Shown here in pieces: positions 36,701 through 47,565 of a stretch of 64,000 nt of DNA (position 1 is the stretch's first letter; every line of letters starts with the position of its first letter). Made by a program: the position numbers and the translations under genes. This stretch comes from Botryllus schlosseri. Taxonomy: Eukaryota. The stretch covers positions 23,746,001 through 23,810,000 of the forward strand of contig CM119380.1 of assembly GCA_051294905.1 (NCBI GenBank), in the 5' to 3' direction. Below the pieces are notes generated by a model that was not told where the DNA came from, made no database searches, and saw nothing but the letters and a program-made list of their open reading frames with translations.

Positions 36701-37899
36701 TTGTTATTAGATATGGCGTGATTCCATGTTAAGCAACATACCGGTATCTAAAGAATTTGAAGGGATCGAGACCGCGTCAGCTGAAATGCGGATAGATTAT
36801 TACACGTCCGAGTCATCACTTTCAATGCGACACCTTACACCAAGGAACTTCTATCTTGAGATACTGGAAATCCGCTTCGGGAAGCCGTATTTATTGACTT
36901 TAAAATTGTATTCGATTGCTGGTTTTCCTAGCACAGATTGTGTAGCGTGGATCCAATAAGCTCGGTTAGTAACCATACGGAGCAGCTACTCGCTTAACAA
37001 ACCCCATGGATAGATATTACCATCCTAATGCTGAAATCTGCCTTCTGCTGCATAAGCGCTAAGCAAAACAACAACAGTGCCGTAGAGTATAATTGGAGCG
37101 TGACGTTACGTAATGCTCGCGAGTGTCGCATTTACCTTAGTTATCTATAATAAAAGGTACCGATTTGAAATTCGACATATTTCATTCTGTTGTGACGTCA
37201 TAATGGGTGATACTCGATTACTCGACTCGACTCGAAGCATTTCACGTGATTCAGAATCGAATCACTCAGGTACTCGATTTTGCCCAGCCCTAGTCGCGAC
37301 TCCATTTCCGATTTTAAAATGTTCCGTGGCGCAGCACAAAATTTGATAATCGGATTACTAAAAAATGGTCAGCACCTTTGCTCAGACATGCTCGCGGTCT
37401 ATTTTGGAAGTTGATTACGTTCATCATCTTCGTGAACAGCAGAATAAAGGCAAAAGGCCCCCAAGCTTAGAACCACTATCTTTGGATGAATTAAACGGCC
37501 TCGGCCGACTCTAGGAATGCCCCGTTCTCCTATAATTGCGATAACAATTATACTTATTTCAGATAGTGAAGGCTATTTTTATCTATGTTTGATTGCAGTT
37601 TTTGCGAGGGCGGTCGTCCCCATATTAAAATAATCAATATGTGTGATACTAAATCGCGCGCAGCGCGAAGAAAAATCCATGAAGCATAAATCGGTCCCAA
37701 AATCATGTTGTCTACGTTGATTTACGAAAAAATTAAGAGCCTACATCAAGCCTTCAAAATTCCGAACATTTAGGCATATTTTAGAATTTCCTCCCGGACG
37801 CAGTCTGAACAGTGACATTCCGGACATGTCCGGGACATCCCGGACGTATGGCAACCCTGTACACACTATCCCAAGTTTCCATTTTATGGATCTGTACGT

Positions 37900-38400
37900 T
37901 GACCGAATAAGCTTTGTTCTTTTAAAAGGAATTTACTATCGTTCAAGCACCAGAAGATAATAAGGCCAGTCAGACATTCACATATACTGAATGGAAGATG
38001 TATCCTTATCTCTTATTGGAACGATCACTACAGTAGCATTTCATTTCAGTTCAGTTTGGATTAGGCCTATACTTATAATATCATCAAATTGAATGTCAGA
38101 ATAGTACGATAGAACGAAAGGGGTCGAAATGACTTGGTGAAGTCAATCAATGAAACTCCGATATCGCAAATTATATCGTCATTCGTCATCCATGTCTTTA
38201 GGATTGACGCCAACAATTTGATTGCAGTCGCTTTGCAGTCGTACTGGTTTGCCATATACTGAAACGGACTTAAAATAACATTAATCTGTCCAAACATCAC
38301 CTACCAAGGAATGAAGGTCTGCACAATCCCGGTGCTTAGACGACGGAGATGCGAAGGAACCATTGGGTCATGGATTCAGCGCCGCCGCTTGTATCTTCCG
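37900..38400 (-). pseudogene. Highly degenerate non-LTR retrotransposon RT fragment
   Basis: The frame ILSPFQY..KATAIKLLASILKTW..GVSLIDFTKSFRPL resembles the LINE RT blocks QYGF..STxxAL..LDFSKAFD. Multiple stops. Confidence 0.5.
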
Positions 38401-38652
38401 CGCAATATCGGCGAGCCTAGCGCCTAGCGGGGAAACCGTGGATCATGAACAGGCTAAGAAATAGGAAGGTCTCATCACTCGTAATTCCTCACCACTTAGA
38501 AAGGACACTCAGTCGCTATCAGACCAACTTATCCGGACGGGTGATAACTTTGTGTTTATTGATGCAATCCTAGAGGGTAAGCGGGATTGACTTTTCAAAT
38601 AAACTCCGCCATTTTAAAATACACTATTACCGCTTTGTCAGTCAGTACTTTC

Positions 38653-40372
38653 CAGAGGTGGTCAAAGTAGTAATGAAAGCTAATCAGGTAGAAGTGGAAG
38701 TAGCGACGAAAAAAATCTACTCAAGTACGAGTAGAAGTAATTCTTTCATAAGCAACCTTAAACTACTTGAAGTAGAAGTAGAAGTAGAATTGACTGACTT
38801 TAAATCTACTCAAGTAAGTAAGTAATTGTGAAAACGATCGTAATTCGTTCGCATGGACTGTCAAAAGCTTCAAATGGAGCTGTGCGGAAGGTGTAGAGAG
38901 CTTGATTCATATTGATGCATCCCAGCAGGTGTCAATTTTTGACAGATTAAGCATTCGTCGACATCATGGGATGTAAATGATAGTATTGATATGGAAATGC
39001 GATACTAAACCTTGTTTACTCGAGCACCTCGTTTTAGAGAATATCATGGCATGTCGCCCTCCCCCGTATTATAAGCAGGGTTGTAATGACTCGAGTCATG
39101 ACTCGACTCTAGTCGGACTCGAGTCACGATTTTCTGAAGACTCGATTTGACTCGAGTCATTTTCTCAAAAGACGGAACTGACTCGACTCGATTCGACTCG
39201 ATTCATTCTGTGTATTGACTCGACTTGGACTCGAGTCATTGCGCATGACTCGAACCAAGTCATATGAGTCGAGGCTCAGACGGCCAAGACCGACATTTCA
39301 CAATGCACGTTTCAGATGTTGAGGGTGATTTTTCTTCAAAGTCAGGAGCGTGACCTCTGACCATAGTTTTATTCATATTTTTGGAATCAGTGCGACAATA
39401 GCTTTCGATCAAGACCAGATTAAGTAAGTTCTACTATCTGGAATACAACTTATGGATTGCCAGAAATCCTACAGTTGCTTACGCAAAACAATTCTCCACT
39501 CCAGGCTCAGCGAAGCGGAACGAAGCAGCAAAATCGGTCGTTGCCATTCCATATTTACATTCTATACTAAGTATACGTTAATAAAAATATGGCATATCGT
39601 AAAAATGTCATATAGTGTATAGCTTTATTTTCGGAAAATATAAGACATTACTACGCTTGCATTTTTTATTTCAACATGTATATGTTCTCCAGACGAAAGA
39701 ACTGAAACTATTATTAGAAATCAGCGTATTATAATCGGAATTGAAAGAAAAATACAAATACTACTTCTAAGAAGCCGGAAAATATATTTCATGTCTTTTG
39801 TCCAGAAAGTTTCAAAGGTGGTCTGCTAAAACAGGTCTAACGTTAAAAAAGTCAAATTCCACTTGTCTAGATTAGGACGCGCCATGGGCTGATAGGTATA
39901 ATAGGTAATTGCTAGATTGGGAAACGGTAGTTTCAAACTTTATGGGGGGGGGCCATACTTACTGTGATGAAATATTTGATGTAGGCGACAATGCGGTGTG
40001 AACGGAACCACGCAACCCGGTATCTGAATTACATCCAGCGACACTTTCGTTAAAACATATTTGTCATTCCAAATTTACTGTGCGCGAAGCGCAACGAAAA
40101 TTCTGAGAATTACATGATTTTTATTAAAATTAAATGTTGGTACTACGTGAAAACAGCCCCGAAATTCCTTAGGCTATCTTTCTTATTGGAGGATGAAAAC
40201 TACTTCTACTTGACAAACTGAAAATAGCGAAAAGTAAGTAAGTAGTTCACAAAATATTACCGAGTAGAAGTAGAAGTAGCGAAAAAAGATCTACTTGAGT
40301 AAGTACCAGAAGTAGAGGAAACTACTTGAGTACTTCGAAAAAGTAGAAGTACTTTGTTACTGACCACCTCTG
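38653..40372. mobile_element. hAT-like element (CAGAGGTGGTCA TIR, AGTAGAAGT subterminal repeats) with nested insertions
   Basis: 12-bp TIRs; no TSD match. A GACTCGAGTC-family element begins inside it at 39076. Confidence 0.6.
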
Positions 40373-40514
40373 CTTACTATATAAATTGAAGGTTTCGCTG
40401 TTGAATGCGGTTTTGTTGAATTTTGTAGAATTATGGATTTGGTATGATTATAAACTGATATCGAGAAAATTCTTTCGATATATATTTCACACATAATGTA
40501 CAATGCGATAAGAC

Positions 40515-40914
40515 TAGGGTTGCATTTAAAATAAAAATCAATTCAAAATAAGCATGTTTAAAACGAGACCCTTGTTTAAAACATGTATTTTTTTGAAGCC
40601 ATGGCGTCACGAATATTCAATTGTGACGTCATAGTGGATTGACATTGACAATTGAAAATATAGGGTAAACGTAGCTTCTTTCACGAAATGTCTACGTACT
40701 ATAGCTGTTGAATCGACTATTTTTAGGGTTGCTACCATCCCATATCGTATCCCTCGGCTATACCGGGTGGTAATTGCCTGTTAGGCCCATACAACATGTT
40801 TTTTGGAAAGTATTTAAACAATTATGGCATGATTTCACAACTAAAAAAAAATTCAAAAAGGCATGTTTTAAACAAAGTGTTTTAAACAGCCATTACGTTT
40901 TAAATGCAACCCTA
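40515..40914. mobile_element. hAT MITE (TAGGGTTGCATTTAAAA TIR) inserted in a SINE tail
   Basis: Perfect 17-bp TIRs and an 8-bp TSD GATAAGAC. Confidence 0.9.
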
Positions 40915-40922
40915 GATAAGAC

Positions 40923-41243
40923 ACAATGCGATGTAATGAGCATATGAGGATGCTGAACGACCAGTTTCGGTTGCAGTAGCGGTCTCTTCAACTGGCATCC
41001 ATCTCGGCCTGGTGCCCGACATCGCCGTTCTTTCTTCGATGTTTGGCTCTATTCCGCGGCTCTTTGTTGCCCTTTCCATTCCTTGCACTTGCGCTCTTTA
41101 ATCAGGTCTTTTACTGGGCTTCTTAGTCGCCGTAAGAACATAAACGTGGGGAGGAGAAGGAGCCCTGAATAACCTCCGTCGCAGAATCGAACCCGGGCCG
41201 CCCGGGAGGCAGTCGCTTATCGTCAACACTATATATACGCTAC
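40923..41243 (-). mobile_element. tRNA-derived SINE-like element (tRNA-Asp/Gly-like head at 41173-41243)
   Basis: The head aligns without gaps to eukaryotic tRNA-Asp/Gly (TATAGTG A-box-like region, GGTTCGATTC B-box), but the acceptor stem does not pair. A ~45-bp tail segment recurs at ~46600-46645. Confidence 0.65.
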
Positions 41244-42053
41244 GCTTCAAGTAGATTCGAGTATTCAAGTACCACCTATCATGACGCCGTAACAGCAAAT
41301 GACTGACATGAACTGACAAGAAAATTATTCCAGTTATACGCTATAAAAATAATTTTCTATTCATGGACAAAACTAGTTTATGGCGCTTTGTCACCATTGT
41401 GAGGATATTTTTCTCGGTGCTTGGTTTCGGCCCACCGAGCATTTGAGACTACAACGTTGGGAAAAATATATTGAAACTATATTCTCACTGATAAAATATT
41501 ACTCCTGGTGTGTACATAACCGGGTACCTGCCGGCAGATTCAAACCGTGAGTAAAGAATGGCGAAATAACAATTGGTTCCCCTCCAAGTGGGACCGTCGG
41601 AGAATAACAAAAAATGAATATGAAATTATGCCACAAAATAATATTGCCTCTTGGACCGTAACGCACGCATACTGGCAATCCACATAATATGGATATTCCA
41701 AGCCGCTGTTACGAATAACGTGAAAGAATAGCTGATTTATTATATCCCGACTTACATCCGAAAGGCAGCTGCTCACATGTGGCCCAATGATTTGATATTT
41801 TACACGAAGAGCAGCATGAAAATTTGAAATCTTCAATCGTTTCATCAGCTTCCATTGTGCGGTTGCAGTTGCATATACTTGTTGCCTATCAGCAACATTT
41901 CAATTCGAGTTTGCCTTGTGTGTAGAGTTCCGTGTGACTTGGCGACATACAAATACGTTCCCTGTATTTTCAAGGTCATCATCTCCACCAGCTTCGCCGC
42001 TAACAGGTGATCGCGTGGGCTGATAGTGGATAAATATTTTATAGTGATATATG

Positions 42054-43427
42054 CAGGGTTGCCACCGACATAGACCCAAAAATAAGGACAGTCGAAAAAT
42101 TAGATTAGCATGAAAAAGCGTTTTTGAACATACTTTGTATTTATAAGAACCGTGGCATGTCACATTCCATACTATTCGCCAGAAACAATCTGCTCCAGCA
42201 ACTCCTTGTTATTAGAAAGTGCTCACGACAGCTCAGGTCTAGGTTTACCTTTACTCAGGGCCGAAACAGCACTTCGTCAGCCCTCCACCCAAAAAATAAA
42301 CGTTGGACTTGCCCCCCCCCCCATAGGGTGATAAACCAAACTTCTTCACCTCGTTGCGATCAGAGGCGTCAACCAAGATGGAAAAAGACCGTACACCATG
42401 TTTAGACAAAATCATTTTTGAGCGTATGGAGCAAGAACTCCAGTAACAATGCTTGTAGTCCTGGTCCTGGCCGAATAAAACTTATTTGTGATACTGAATC
42501 GGGGAATATTGCTTTGAACAATTGCGATGTGCAATCGTTGGTGAGGAATGATTGCTGGCGTTTGACAGAATGGAATGCCCAGGTAACGTCTGCAGCAGCA
42601 GCCTTGTCGTCTGTGGTCGTTGGTGCTCACTGCTCATTGACTTGTAGAAAAATTATTCATCGACTGGCTCTAATTCATCATTATGACACACTTCTTGTGT
42701 TTGGGGTATCAATGTGAGTTTAAATGGCGGTCTTTCCCATGGCCTCCAGGTTAATGTCGAAATTGCAGATATTGCAATGTGCGAAACACTCGCCCTTAAA
42801 ACTTCGTTAAATACCTTTGAATTATCTCTCATAATCGTCACGAAAAACGTTTTTACGCCTGCTCATTTTATCTAATCAGATTTAGCCTTATTAGTAGCTA
42901 AAACTATGTGCGCAACTGCAATATAATTTAGAACAATGTATCGATGACTAATAGCTTTACTACTTTTTAATCACTGTGTCGACTGCACTGCGCCTTTTTC
43001 CACTACGCAATAAATGCTGCCTTCTCCACAGCTTGAGCTGATTCTGCTGTAGACCAAACAGCAGGAACCTGGTACTGCTGTTTACTGATAAAATGACGTC
43101 CGCTGTGGTAGCTTGGTACAGACGAAACCACTCACGGCCCGAGCTATCACCACTTAGAAGTCAAATCTTATGGTGTGTACGTCACGAGAGTTCCTTTCCT
43201 TTATGATGTCATGAAATCTCGACGCAAAAGCATAATTTATGAATATTATGCTACATAGATACCAGAGGGAAACGGTCGAAGTTCTGTAGTGGTTGAAAAT
43301 AAGACAAAATAGGGACGCAAGTCAAAAATAAGGACATTTCTTAGAAATAAGGACAGTTGAGTTTTCTAAGACGTGGCCCTTCAAAATAAGGACAAATCTT
43401 AGAAATAAGGACGGTATGGCAACCCTG
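42054..43427 (-). mobile_element. Internally deleted hAT transposon (Blackjack-like TIRs) with a transposase pseudogene fragment
   Basis: TIR CAGGGTTGCCA / TGGCAACCCTG and a perfect 8-bp TSD GATATATG (42046-42053, 43428-43435). The minus strand at ~42310-42860 gives broken frames FAHCNICNFDINLEAMGKTAI*THI (zinc-finger-like), VTWAFHSVKRQQSFLTNDCTSQLFKAIFPDS, KFYSARTRTTSIVTGVLAPYAQ and FSILVDASDRNEVK. Confidence 0.88.
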
Positions 43428-45086
43428 GATATATGAAAGAACCAATGTTATTGACAGAATTCATTCTCAAAATTTCACAACCACATGCATGTAGTAAGCA
43501 CACAAGAAGTTGCATCGAACAATGTATGGTGGGCCCCACACTAGTTTTTTGGGCGGGAGTTGGCTTAAGAGTGTTGTTTCGTTCCTGGTTACAACACATA
43601 GTCACATATCTGCACCGACCTAACAGTGTAGCAGGGCTGTGAAATACACGGCCGACGGACAATTTCATCCGGCCAAATGAAGAAGTTTGTTGCAGACCAA
43701 ATAAGAACACCGACCCTAGCAATCCCCATAGCTTGAATTCGAGATGGCCCAATAGTCTAGTTCAGGGGTCGGCAAACCCCGGCACGCATGCCATTTGTGG
43801 CGCGCTAGATGATTTTTCATGGAATGCCAAATGATTTCACGCAAACGACATATTGAGACCATGTTTTTGCAAAAAGTGAAACAGAAGTTTTCAAAATGTA
43901 CAAAGCTCGTAGGTGATCCAAAAGTATTTTGTAAATCAACGTAAAATAGAGGCTTTTGAGGCTGATTTTACTTATGTTGAAATTGTTTTCCGCGCTTCGC
44001 GCGATATTGGAACCTGATGTCTTGATTATAATATGGGAACCCCAACAAATAGATATATATGTATATAGAAAATGTTTCTTAAAAAGCTATGCATAATGTA
44101 CAGAAATGAGCCAACCGTTTTAGCAGATACAAACGAACGTCTACCGAATATCGTATGAAACCATTTGGATGCTTTATTAGTCTAGGAGGGTTCACTGTGT
44201 ATCCTACGGGAGCGCAACTTATGAACCGGCATTCCGACGCTGGGCATTTTCACGCTATGGAAGACACGACCTGGACATAAAGTTTCGGACAACATGCGAC
44301 CCCCGGGCGGTGTATGCGCTGTCAAAATGATAGGAGGCGATAAACCTTGAAACAAAATAACCGACGCATGCTGGCCAAAACGTTCGAAAATATATGTCCA
44401 CTGTCACGGCGCCGAAGTGACCAGCGCCGAATAGTCCAGTGCCCGCAGCTTGAGCCGCACGTATCAAATGAGACCGGTCGAGGAAAAGAATGAGTCCCGT
44501 GTCGAAATGTGAATTTGGAATCGTGTTCGCGGAAGGATACATTCTTTTAGTCTCGTCTGATGTGCTAGCGATATATCTGGAGCAACGACAATCCTGACCG
44601 CTTTAGCGAGACCCTTGCAGACAAATCTAGTGTCACATCAACCTTAATGAGACACCAAACCGACTTGAATGATACAGGTTTGGGCACATTTTTCATAATC
44701 AGCAGACCATATCATCGTAACAACACTGATTGGCCTGTCACTTATTGGATATGGTACCGGACACAGTGAACTTGGAAACGACCAAATCAACCACAGAAGA
44801 TTGCGTGCGCGACTGAAAATAAATTATGTAAATATTTCGTACATTTAAGCGATAGGTCGGGTGCGGCAGCGACCAATATTTATTCCCTTCGTGACCAATA
44901 ATTCAAGAATCACTGGCGTAACGGATGCCATTGCCATGCAGCTGCAGAAAAACGGTAGGGGGTATTCCCTGCTTGAAACATTAAATATTAATAAATTGAA
45001 TGTTTCGCATGCAAACTGGTAAAAATTTGACGTTTTTCGACATTTTGGCACGCTGCACACAAAAGGTTGCCGGCCCCTGGCTAGGT

Positions 45087-45525
45087 GGTGTCCGGACAAT
45101 ACCGAGAAAACCATTACCGAGAATGCCATTACCGAGAATGGACACCACCGAGAATGGACATTACCGAGAATGGACACCACAGAGAATGGACATTACCGAG
45201 AATGGACACCACCGAGAATGGGCATTACCAAGAATGCAATATATGCAATACAGGCATGTTATGCATATGCACAGGTCGTGTGAGTACATCACGGCGTTGC
45301 CACATTAGGTATCGATGCTCAGGTATAAATTTCTCGACAACGTCAGACCCAGTAATCTATATTCTTGACATTGGCCATTCTCGGTAATGTCCATTCTCGG
45401 TGGTGTCCATTCTCGGTAATGACCATTCTCGGTAATGTCCGTTCTCGGTAATGTCCATTCTCGGTAATGACATTCTCGGTAATGTCCATTCTCGGTAATG
45501 GTTTTCTCGGTATTGGTATAGAACC
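45087..45525. mobile_element. Mutator-like foldback MITE whose TIRs are arrays of a 16-bp repeat (TTACCGAGAATGGACA)
   Basis: GG...CC termini, inverted arrays at ~45100-45235 and ~45370-45515, and a 9-bp TSD TGGCTAGGT (45078-45086, 45526-45534). Confidence 0.8.
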
Positions 45526-45619
45526 TGGCTAGGTAACTCATGACATGTATACAATCGATAGGCAAAGCATTACCAGTGTGACGTCATATGTGTTGATCCC
45601 TCATTTAAAACCACTTGGG

Positions 45620-46532
45620 CAGTTGTTCCCAACCTTGGGGGTCTGCGAAGCATTTTCAGGGGGTCCGCGATACCTCTAAATTTGTAAAATGATTGATAAC
45701 CTAATTATATTTTATTTTTAATTAGGAAAAGCATAATACAGTTTCGCTTCCTAATTGCTAAAACGTTAGGACCACATCAATAAAATGATCGTCGGAGATG
45801 AAATATCAAACTGTGGAAACTCATTGTAATTGTCAAATTACCAACAGCCTGGCGATGGTAGCATATTGCTGTTTAGAGATGTTTTGTTGGGGTTTGTGGA
45901 AAAATAAAATGTTGGAGATAACAAGGTCAAACAGGATGACCTCAAAATGTTGGCAAAACATTTTGGATTTGAAGTGGTCAGTCTTAGGAAATTAGGAAAC
46001 AGTCGTTTGAAATAGAATTTCCAAATCTTTTTCCTAATCTGTCCCAATGAAAGAATTGAAATCCATTTTCTCGTGTGATATAACCATAGCCTTTATAATA
46101 ATAGAAATGACTAGGCTGGACGTGTTACGTTCAATAAAACTCAACCACACGCTGTCGTCGGAAGTGTTACGCATATTACATTCGCGACACGCCACTACAA
46201 CTTTTAACCATATTAATGATAATAATAACATTCGCGACCAATATCTTTGTGGCAATCCGCAATGGATTCTCAAGATTATAAATACAGCTGCAAAATTCGC
46301 TTCGAAATAATAAAAGTCTACCCAAATTCTACATAATATAGTGTGATGTTTTGTTCGGAAAAAGTCATTTTGTGGCTGCTCTAGCCTACAATTAATATTT
46401 GCACAAGACAGAGTACGGTTGCACCCTTGCACGATAAATTGAGCTAATTTTGAACGAACACTTGATGGAGTCCGCGGAGGTCCGTGACAGTCCAAAAAGG
46501 GTCCGCAGAGACAAAAAGGTTAAGAACAACTG
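45620..46532. mobile_element. Charlie-like hAT non-autonomous element
   Basis: TIR CAGTTGTTCCCAACC / GGTTAAGAACAACTG; TSD degenerate. Confidence 0.65.
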
Positions 46533-47565
46533 CGCCAGGGGATACGAAAATATGGTAGCCCTACACTATGCCAAAAGGTGGATGCTTCCTCCTATCTGTT
46601 CATTACATCGCATTGTGTCGAATCGCATTGTACATCGTATGTGTCTTGTTCAGATGAAAATATAATCTGACGATTATTGATTACAGATTATTGATATTGA
46701 TTGCCAACATGACAGCAATTTTGATGTGTCACCTTCCTATCTTTTCATTGTATCGCAGTCTTGTGATGTTTTGAAATGATGAAAATATTAATAAACTGAT
46801 TGATTGAATGTCAAATGTACAGACTTCACATTGAGCCCGATTTAGATCATTGATCGTTTGCTATAGACTAGAATTATTTTGCGCATAATTTGTGAATTTC
46901 GAAGAAATTCCTAGCGGCACCCTTGCGAGACGTAAATGGCACACAAGTGTGTGCGGCACAGCACTGGTTAATAACCACTGACTGAATCTAGGCTCCTCAT
47001 CGCCATCTCATCCGTGTAAGCGGTGTATTATAAAAGCCTAGAAGTGGGCCGTGCTACCAGTCGGCAGCTACGGAATAAAAATGAAGAAAATTAGCCTGGT
47101 GCAAATTACCGTAGCAGTCAAAACAAACAAACCACTGACTGAACCATGGAAAATTCAGTTTTCCATGGACTGAACAGTGAACACTGAACACTGAACAGTC
47201 TTTTAATCATAGATCCGTTAGCGCTATCTGGCGGGTTTAAATTTTCGGTGTGGGTCGAGTATTGAAAATTCTTGCTCATGTCGATGGATTACACTCTAAG
47301 ATTTCAAGTCACGCAACAACGAAAATATATTTAGAATTAAATAGAAATAATTCATATTTATTATTTACAACTCTTTTGAGATTGACCTTTGCCTTACATA
47401 TGAAGACAAACTGGAACTCGGAAGCTAGCGGTAGTAAGTTGCAAACTTGGCAACCGCCAAACCAAAACAAAATACGCAGTGTGGTTTGGGACAGCATGAT
47501 CGTCAGCCCTAGTAACTGGGTCCAACGCGGGTTCAGTGAATAAGCGGGAGACTCAGGGAAGTAGA

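Larger units (their letters stand above)
30516..37149. mobile_element. Outer long-TIR foldback-type DNA element with a 7-bp TSD, non-autonomous
   Basis: Termini TATAGATAACTAAGGTAAA / TTTACCTTAGTTATCTATA. TSD ATAAAAG at 30509-30515 and 37150-37156. The empty site (GGTCGC-ATAAAAG-GTACC) is present in the duplicated copy at 25841-25858. Inverted homology runs from 30516-30658 plus 34021 to ~34795 against ~36235-37149. Confidence 0.85.

Noticed and set aside
41173-41243. Functional tRNA gene
   Set aside because: The acceptor stem cannot pair and the anticodon arm is mismatched; treated as a SINE head or pseudogene.
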